From an uncultured Muribaculaceae bacterium (GTDB lineage Bacteria > Bacillota_I > Bacilli_A > RF39 > UBA660), in the NCBI GenBank assembly GCA_964655835.1, contig CAZZNR010000001.1:1-34068 (forward strand): a stretch of 34,068 nt of DNA, given 5' to 3'. The notes under the pieces were generated by a model. It made no database searches, was not told where the DNA came from, and saw only the letters and a program-made list of their open reading frames with translations. The translations under genes were made by a program, and so were the position numbers. This document shows positions 33,530-34,068 of the stretch, one piece after another (the stretch's first letter is position 1; each line of letters starts with the position of its first letter).

Positions 33530-33551
33530 AATATCATCTCCGTATATTACC

Positions 33552-33580
33552 ATTTTATCATTCTTGATTGTTATTCACAA
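33552..33580 (-). promoter_or_regulatory. Candidate promoter for hybrid kinase 2
   Basis: Minus strand: TTGTGA (33580-33575), 17 nt, TAAAAT (33557-33552), with extended -10 TG. Confidence 0.35.
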
Positions 33581-33591
33581 TAAATATTTAC

Positions 33592-34068
33592 TTATCTAGT
33601 TTTTCTCAAAACACGAGTTTTATTTTTATTTGTTATTAAATTATTAATGGGTTCGAAAACTTCTTCTAAAGATATAATACTACTATCATGATACATAGTT
33701 TCATAGATATCTTGTAATGTATAAACATAATCTCCATAGTCATCTCTATCTACGACACTTTGTCTAAAGTTATTTATATATTCATCAGTATAAGATTCTC
33801 TTTGAGCTATTTCCTGAGTTTCCCATATTTCCCATTTTAATGTTGATAATATTTCAGTAAGAATAACATTAGCTTCTTCATTAGACATATTATTATCAAT
33901 TTTAATGTTTTCACCGATATTAACTAAAAAATCTTTACCATATTGTTCAATTGCAATAGGAATAATTTCACTATTAGTTTCTTTGGCCATTCTTACAGCG
34001 CCAGGAAATATTTTCATTATTGGTAAATGTTCAAAAACATTATAAGCGCCTTCAGGAAATATCAACAT
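33592..34068 (-). CDS. C-terminal part of a PlsC/AGPAT-family acyltransferase (N-terminus outside the window)
   Basis: The ORF is open to the window edge. It has the FPEG block (LIFPEGAYN) and the IPIAI block typical of lysophospholipid acyltransferases. The HxxxxD block would lie beyond position 34068. Confidence 0.7.
   Translation of the reverse strand: MLIFPEGAYNVFEHLPIMKIFPGAVRMAKETNSEIIPIAIEQYGKDFLVNIGENIKIDNNMSNEEANVILTEILSTLKWEIWETQEIAQRESYTDEYINNFRQSVVDRDDYGDYVYTLQDIYETMYHDSSIISLEEVFEPINNLITNKNKTRVLRKTR

Noticed and set aside
33375-33599. Track ORF 33375-33599(+)
   Set aside because: It is antisense to the 5' end of hybrid kinase 2 and to the promoter region. It is hydrophobic and low-complexity, with no RBS.
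1-34068. Mobile element, prophage, CRISPR array, tRNA or rRNA genes
   Set aside because: No integrase, transposase or recombinase motifs were seen, and no terminal inverted repeats. No regularly spaced short repeats and no structured-RNA-like GC-rich segments were seen. The only long DNA repeat is the paralogous kinase core.
1-34068. Genetic code 4 (Mycoplasma/Spiroplasma)
   Set aside because: Long ORFs are intact under the standard code. TGA terminates genes at sensible positions (for example 17610-17613), and Trp codons seen are TGG.

Overview
The window is AT-rich, gene-dense bacterial DNA in the standard genetic code: TGA is used as a stop (for example the ATGA overlap at 17610-17613) and Trp is TGG. 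That excludes code-4 Mollicutes. It looks like a low-GC Bacillota or Mollicutes-related genome, but I cannot name the taxon. No rRNA, tRNA, CRISPR array, transposase or integrase was seen.

Positions 1 to about 25200 form one large accessory-looking locus. It holds five SipW/archaeal-type (S26B) signal peptidase homologues: three look catalytically complete and two have lost the catalytic residues. It also holds at least 11 exported TasA/camelysin-like proteins with SipW-type N-termini (TYAWFT, SAFSRYET and similar) and a 2429-aa beta-helix-repeat surface protein. Cytoplasmic coiled-coil or helical proteins are present too. In the middle of the plus-strand operon sits a membrane-anchored McrB-family AAA+ NTPase with a McrC-like partner that has no recognisable nuclease motif. 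I interpret this as a candidate multi-component surface-fibre assembly system that is much more elaborate than tapA-sipW-tasA.

The right third (25.3-34.1 kb) encodes two paralogous hybrid histidine kinases whose transmitter and receiver halves are near-identical direct repeats. It also encodes a coiled-coil membrane protein, a small acidic protein, an AMP-forming acyl-CoA ligase and a truncated PlsC-like acyltransferase.

All family assignments come from motif recognition by eye. No database search or structure prediction was run.
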